DNA of 64,000 nucleotides from Octopus vulgaris (taxonomy: Eukaryota), in the NCBI GenBank assembly GCA_951406725.2, contig OX597816.1, forward strand, positions 18,290,001-18,354,000. Direction: 5' to 3'. Of the stretch, positions 56,723-64,000 are shown piece after piece. Position 1 is the stretch's first letter. Every line of letters starts with the position of its first letter. The notes under the pieces were generated by a model, which saw only the letters and a list, made by a program, of their open reading frames with translations, was not told the DNA's origin and did no database searches. A program made the position numbers and the translations under genes.

Positions 56723-57606
56723 TTCATGACTCTACATACCATTGTTACTAATACGATATGTAGTTTAATGCAGTTACTTCGGCCCCTAAATAATTTGATT
56801 TCAATCATTGTCTTCTATGTTTTACACGCTATATTCAATAGACTGCGGCTTTACTTGTGAATCACCTTCAAAAATTTCCAGTCGAAAGAAATTGACCGCA
56901 GTACAGTTCTTAAAGCCTGGCATTTAATCTTTTGGATCTCTTTGGCCAAAACACACTGATCTCCTTGGACGTAAACAAACCGACGCCGCTTATGATGCTG
57001 TTTGTCCTCTATATCATTGCTGCTCAAAGCAGTGGTCCGCGGACCGGTGCCAATCCGCGAGCCATCAGCTGCCGATACGTGGTGGGTTTCCAGAAAAGAA
57101 ACAAGATATAATGCTTATAAAATACTTATGTAATATTGTACTATTTGTTTACAAAATAAATATATGATAGAAGAGAAATTGTCATTTTTTATTATTCTCA
57201 TTATATATATATTGTTTCCCGTATAAATTTATATTTCTAAGCAATATTACCGGCCCCTCGCACATTCGAAAAACAAAAACAAAGACAAAACAAAACTACC
57301 AGTAAGCCCACATCTGAGACACACAGACGTGTACACATAAATGTACGTATAAACGATGCGCTCCTTTCAGTTTCCTTTCACTCAGAAATCTTTAGTTGGC
57401 CCCAGGCTGTAGTAGGACTCACTTGGTCAATGTGCCACGGAGTAGGACTTGAACACAGAACCATGTCGTTGGGAAGCAAGCTTGTAATGTTTATAAAATT
57501 CCCTCTATTGCCTATTAGTTCTGATTCAACAACAGGCAGAACTATGAAAATGAATAATTAGTCCTCAGGAATGAGGGATGAAGACTGTAGAAACAGTTAT
57601 AAAACA

Positions 57607-58300
57607 AGGCGGCGAGCTGGCAGAATCGTTTGCACGGCGGGCGAAATGCTTAGCGGTATTTCGTCTGCCGCTACATTCTGAGTTCAAATTCCGCCGAGGT
57701 CGACTTTGCCTTTCATCCTTTCAGGGTCGATAAATGAAGTACCAGTTACGCACTGTGGTCAATCTAATCGACTTCATCCCTTTGTCAAGTCCGTGTTTAT
57801 CCTCTAATAAACAGTTATAAAAGAGAAAACTTGTTACAAATTAACAAAAAATGTACACTTTAATTTTATGTCACCGAATCTGCTCCTCCTTGAGAATTGA
57901 AACAATCTTTTGGTACTTTAATAGAAATAGATATACGCTAATATAGATTACTATAAGACTGAATATATCATGATGAACAGGAGTGGCTGTGTGGTAAGTA
58001 GCTTGCTTACCAACCACATGCTTCCGCGTTCAGTCCCACTGCGTAGCACCTCAGGCAAATGTCTTCGAATATAGCTTCGGCTTATGCGTGTGTATCTGTG
58101 TTGGTCCACGCAACATCGCTTGGCAACCGATGCTGGCATGTTTACGTCCCCGTAACTTAGCGGTTCGGTAAAAGAGACCGATGGAATAAATACTAGGCTT
58201 ACAAAGAATAAGTCCTGGGGTCAATTTGCTCGACTAAAAGTCTGCTCCTGCATGACCGCGGTCAAATGACTGAAACAAATAAAAAAGAATAAAAAGAGTG
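57607..58300 (+). mobile_element. SINE family C (57607-57800) and internally deleted family B (57975-58300)
   Basis: Homology to families B and C. Confidence 0.75.
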
Positions 58301-61147
58301 ATACAGTTTCAGTATTTACTGAACACTTGATGACCCCTATAGCTGGTTATCTATATCTGCCTGTTATAACGTTGCTGTTATTGTTGTTTGTTCCTTGTTG
58401 TGACATCTCTGACTCATAAGAGCCGGTTTCCCCGATTTCATTGGTGTATAGTTCCCCCAAATGGACTTGACACCGGTTCGTCGCATCCAAGTATACACTA
58501 ATATTAAATATTCGTTCTACTGGTCCGTATATTGCACGGTCGACTAAGCCCATTCTCTGCTTACGATTTTCCAATAGAGGCGATTTTTATAAACGCTCTC
58601 ATTGATATAAAGAAAAGCTGAAAACAATTAACTCCCATATTTATTTCATAAGGAAGTGTCATACCGATAATTTTGAACAATCAGTTGTCATAATCTGTAA
58701 TTCCTATCTATGCTGTACATCCTCTGCTTCTGGCAATTTTAACACAAGAAAATCCTATGATTTCACACGATTCTTTGATGATTTGATTTCTTTGAAGCTA
58801 TTTAAAATTTTCTTTAAATTTATGTTATTTATCCTTGCAAGATCCTTTGTCAAGGGAAAACACCCGAGGCTAAATTCCTAATTGTAAAGCTAAATCAACT
58901 AACATGAGATTTGTCTGTAAACGAAACTTTCATTTTATTCTTTAATTTTAGCAAATTACTCCGCCAGCTTAATTATTACATTTTCACGATAACTTTATTT
59001 CTATCATTGAAAATGATATTTAATAATATTTTAAAATTTTCATTTCAAGTAGTTATGAAACACTTTTATGGAATAATGGAATAGAAAAACTTTTAGTTGA
59101 CCTAACCTTGATATCATGAAGTTCATATTATACTGAAAAAGTGCGGTAACGATTTTCCAAGTGTTATGCTTATTGGACTGTGTACAATATCGAATTATTT
59201 GGAATAGATCCGAAAATTTTTCAAATATAATTTAGTTTAGCTGTGAAATCTGTAACTCTGCCAGTTTTCCAAATTTTCTGTTTCTTTTCTACTTCTTCTT
59301 GAAAGTTCGTACTTTAATTTAAATCTATATGATAATGGTTGGTTGAAGTTTTGCTGTAGTTGCTTATCCGTAAATCAACATCGACCAACTACATCTACAT
59401 TGCAAGATGTTCAATCCGTGACCATCCAATCTTATTCTCCGATCCTGGGCTATATTGCACAACGCATCTTGATTGTTGGATCAATATCGAAGATGATTAC
59501 ACTAAAATTAGAATTTTGTCTTGAGAGAAATTTGAGAAAATTCTAAATTATTCTTGAGAATTATTATATTCATTCCATCACACATGTCTTAGTTTCCACA
59601 CATTATCGCGTAGATTAATGTACAATCAGTGCTGCACTCCTACTTACGTCGACGCCAAGATTTAATGAATTTATTGCACTGTCTCGCAACTCCCTCTTCC
59701 CTCATTCACTTTTGTTCTTACTAATCCCTTCCCTCACCCCGCTTCTTTCTTCTTCGGTAAACTGTCATATATAAACAGACTCACTATTTTTTCCTTTTAA
59801 ACCTACTTGCCTAATTAGAAATAATTTCATTGGTCATTTGATTTTGCTTTTTCAACACGCTATTTCCGTTGTGATTAAATTAACCAATCATTTACTCATT
59901 TACATGCAACGATTTAAACCCGAGGATTGGCTAATGTGCGTTGCGTATGCGTTAAATGTTACGTAACAAGTATTGTTTACCTACGAAACATATGTAATCT
60001 TTACTTACCTTTCTCATTCCTTATTCTCGATATATATGTGTGTGTGTGTGTTGTTTGTATGTGTGTGCGTGTGTATGCATATATGTATATGAATAAAGCT
60101 ATATAATTGTGCATAATACAAATTGCACAGCTGTTTCACTACTTGAGTAGAGACTCTTTCGCAGTAAATAGATTGCTAATGAAAAGCTAAAGAAAGCTAA
60201 AATCAACTTGAAATTGTAAGCGAAATATCTTAATTACGTGATGTCGGCATATATAGAGAATAGCTCTTTATATCAAGGCACAAGTAATTTAGTCGACGAA
60301 ACGTCTGCTTGCTAAGCTTACTTTGCTTACACGGGTAATGTTAACTGAACATATTTTGCTGAGTGAGTTAGTTTAGCAGCTATCAATCAACTAGATCACG
60401 TCCTCTCTAGAAGAAACTAAAACACATTTAATTCAAACTCTTTAACAATTTCAACATCATATTAACTATTTTAATAAAAATGACAAGAACATAGCTGCAA
60501 GAACGGAATAAATAGACGCAGCTGCAGTTACTTATATGTAAACAGCAACAGCTTATGCCACACACATAAAGCCATCACTTTCGTTAAAAGTTTTTAAAAA
60601 ATGTAACTTGAAACAAACAAAATTATTATTTTTTCGTCTGAACACATTGAGTTAACTAACAGCCAATCAACTGAAAACTTAAGCAAATAAAAATAAACTA
60701 CGTTAGCGAGAAAAAAATAGCATTTAAGAAGAAGTGTAGTTTGGTCGAGAATAGGTTGAAAGTAAGTTTGAAAAAGTCGTGTTAAAAAATATTAAATTAA
60801 TAACAGAAAAAGTTTGTTTGGGAAAAATGAACCATGATGAAATTTCGTTTATTAATAGTTTACACTGTTGCTGGTTCAGACCTTGCTAGAGCAAAGCAAG
60901 AAACACGTATGGAAAAAATGAAGTGCTTGTGTAATGGTTTAAATCTTTATATTGTGCCATATTTGAATTTATTGGTTCTGCAAATGTGATTGTAGGTTAA
61001 TTTGAACCGTTATACGAGACCATAGAATTCGTAAACTACATTAATAAGTGGTGCAACTGGTTCAGAATGCAATGTTTTAAGTGATAACAAGACAGCAGGG
61101 CTGAATAAAGACAGCCGCCATGGCGAGACATTATTTATAATTACTAA

Positions 61148-61690
61148 GGTTAGCACGCCGGGCGAAGTGCTTAGCGGTATCTCGTCTGAGTTCAAATTCC
61201 GTCGTGGTCGACTTTGCTTTCGTACTTTGGGGGTCGATACATTAAGTACAGTTATGCACTGAAGTCGATGTAATCGACGTAATCCCTTTGTCTGTCCTTC
61301 TTTGTCCCCTCTATAAGAAACGTTAGCACGCCGAACGAAATGCTTAGGTATTTTGCCTGCCGTTACGCTCTGAGTTCAAATCCCGAGGACGACTTTGCCT
61401 TTCATTCTTTCGGGGTGGATAAATTAAGTACCAGTTACGCACTGGGGTCGATATGATCGACTTAATCCGTTTGTCTGTCCTTGTTTGTCCCATCTGTGTT
61501 TAGCCCCTTGTGGGTAGTAAAGAAATAGGTATTTCGTCTGCCGTTACGGTCTGAGTTCAAATTCCGCCGAGGTCGACTTTGCCTTTCATCCTCTAGGGAT
61601 TCGATAAATTCAATACCAGTTGCGTACAGGGGTCGACCTAATCGACTCGCCCCACCTTTCCAAACATTTCGGGCCTTGTGCTTAGAGAAG
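61148..61690 (+). mobile_element. SINE family C trimer
   Basis: Three tandem core units. Confidence 0.8.
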
Positions 61691-62092
61691 AAAAGATTAT
61701 TTATAACTACCAAGATATACTATAGTCACTAAGACATTAATCTCTGTCAGTACAACCCATCGGCTCACTCATAAGCGTGTGCCAAGAAGGAATCCTGGGA
61801 TCGTTACCTTTTGACCGACAGATTTAAAATATAATTTTTTGGAAGTAAAGACGTTCAAACTTCGGACACTGGTAGAATGTGTCATATAAAACATCTTTTG
61901 CTCTAAGCATTTTTGAGAAAAAACTTATATTTACGAAGTTATTTCACATTAAAGTTGTCATATTTCGGTAATTTCAACCAATCAATGACGTGCATTCAGC
62001 TCAAATTTACTGCTATTGTTTGTCAACAAGAACCTCCGGCAGTGTATATTTCGTTTGACACATATTTTTAACAACCGTAGCCCTAAAACTCA

Positions 62093-62211
62093 GTTTACGG
62101 CCATATCACGTTGAAAGCACCGGTTCTCGTCCGATCACCGAAGTTAAGCAACGTCGAGCCTACTGAGTACTTAGATGGGTGACCGCTTGAGAAACCTAGG
62201 TGCAGTAAGCG
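62093..62211 (+). rRNA. 5S: 5S rRNA copy (orphan, probable pseudogene)
   Basis: GTTTACGGCCATATCACGTTGAAAGCACCGGTTCTCGTCCGATCACCGAAGTTAAGC..GATGGGTGACCGC..GTAAGC, ~119 nt; no T-run terminator. Confidence 0.92.
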
Positions 62212-62223
62212 TCACACATTGTT

Positions 62224-62642
62224 AAGGCGGCGAGCTGGCAGAGACGTTAGCACGCCGGGCGAAATGCTTAGCGGTATTTCGTCTGCCGTTACGTTCTGAG
62301 TTCAAATTCCGCCGAGGTCGACTTTGCCTTTCATCCTTTCGGAATCGATTAAATAAATACCAGTTACGCACTGGGGTCGATATAATCGACTTAATCCGTT
62401 CGTCTGTCCTTGTTTGCCCCCTCTGTGTTTAGCCCCTTGTGGGTAGTAAAGAAATAGGTATTTCGTCTGCCGTTACGTTCTGAGTTCAAATCCCGCCGAA
62501 GTCGACTTTGCCTTTCATCCTTTCGGGATCGATTAAATAAATACCAGTTACGCACTGGGGTCGATATAATCGACTTAATCCGTTCGTCTGTCCTTGTTTG
62601 TCTTCTCTGTGTTTAGTCCCTTGTGGTCAATAAAGAAATAGG
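62224..62642 (+). mobile_element. SINE family C dimer
   Basis: Head plus two near-identical units. Confidence 0.85.
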
Positions 62643-63686
62643 TCAAGGTATTCAGTTCACGATCTTAAGGTCTTCCATACTTGACGGTGTGTTGTACCTT
62701 TGAGAAAGAGACTTTATTTCACGTTACTACAGTCCGCTCAATCGGTAAAAAATGTGTAGTAGCTCTATTTGAAAGAGCCAGCTTTATAACATTCTGTTTC
62801 ATGCCAAATAGCCCTAAAAACTACGTTAAGGTTACACGTGTCTGCGGTGTGCTCAGCCACTGGCGCATTAATGCCATGAGTGGGATGTTCCGTTGATTGG
62901 GTCGTCTGACGTTAGATTCCAAACCACACACGTGGTTATTCAACTTAGTAGCTTTACTTTTGCACATGTTCTGTTTAGCACAATGATATTAGAAAACGCC
63001 TTCAAATAGCCAGATGAAGCCCCTTTTCTCCACTGCACGCCTGAATTCCAGATATGAAATTTTCAGCGTTTGTAAAGAATGTATACATTCCTGTTGGAAC
63101 ATTATAAATAATATATATAAGAAACACCATACAGCACCAATATAGTTATTAAACAGTATAAGGTAAGATGGTAGAAAGTGGTCGGGAAATCAAAGAACAT
63201 CGATATGATTTAGAATTCACGAAGCAGGCCCCCAAAATGTGGGTAATCGGAATCCTCCGTAGCACAGAAACTGCACGTCGACGATTAGATCTGTCTGTTA
63301 CAAATATTAGGAGTGGAATTCTTCCAGTAGTATTGAGTTTACTAATCAAACCAGTATTTCGGCTGCTCCTAATTGCATTCCTTTTCCATTCGTTTATTTA
63401 TATTATAAATGAAAGTGTGCACACACACACACGAACACGCACACAAACACACACACGCACACACACAAAGACACACATACTCGCGCACGTGTATGGAGAA
63501 TATTTTATCCTTTTCTCCGTTAATTGTATTTCCGTTAAGAATATCTTAAGCAGTTAATAAATTGCATAACGTTTTTGCCTCAGTCATTGATTTTATGTAA
63601 CTGTATGTGCATTTCCACTCATCTTGTCATCGCTTAGTAATATCTCGTTATATTTCTAGTGAGTCATTGTGTCTTTCTAGTAAATA

Positions 63687-63689
<3 letters not shown>

Positions 63690-63783
<94 letters not shown>

Positions 63784-63902
63784 GTTATCATCATCATCAT
63801 TACAGATTATATATATGTGTGTATATATGTATATATATGCATATATATATATAATATATATAGCAGTAAATAAATGAATATATTATTATCATCATCATTA
63901 CT

Positions 63903-63991
<89 letters not shown>

Positions 63992-64000
63992 TATTATTAT
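63690..64000. repeat. (ATT)n/(AAT)n microsatellites
   Basis: Direct inspection. Confidence 0.95.

Noticed and set aside
58347-58574. 75-aa non-repetitive minus-strand ORF
   Set aside because: Non-ATG start and no recognisable domain; needs RNA-seq or homology support
63168-63557. 129-aa ORF
   Set aside because: Runs through a CA microsatellite; no recognisable homology

Overview
AT-rich, microsatellite-dense eukaryotic non-coding DNA. The repeat content resembles an octopus/cephalopod genome, which is my inference from recalled repeat families. I found no supportable host protein-coding gene, and nearly all ORFs in the track are translations of simple repeats. The window holds a 5'-truncated Penelope-like element (GIY-YIG ORF, inverted pseudo-LTR), a non-autonomous LTR element with 591-bp LTRs and a tRNA-Trp primer site, and a full-length but disrupted mariner. 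It also holds Tc1/maT, CR1-type LINE, MITE and Helitron-like remnants, three families of tRNA-head SINEs (one forming tandem arrays), and orphan U6 and 5S copies. The main discovery is about ten hammerhead-ribozyme-like motifs, mostly in short non-coding elements beside (TA)n tracts. Three of them (10896-10977 +, 20443-20514 +, 36731-36818 -) share a NON-circularly permuted, pseudoknotted topology with an extra helix. All helices are kept despite different sequences. Structures were derived by eye and need folding, covariance and cleavage tests.
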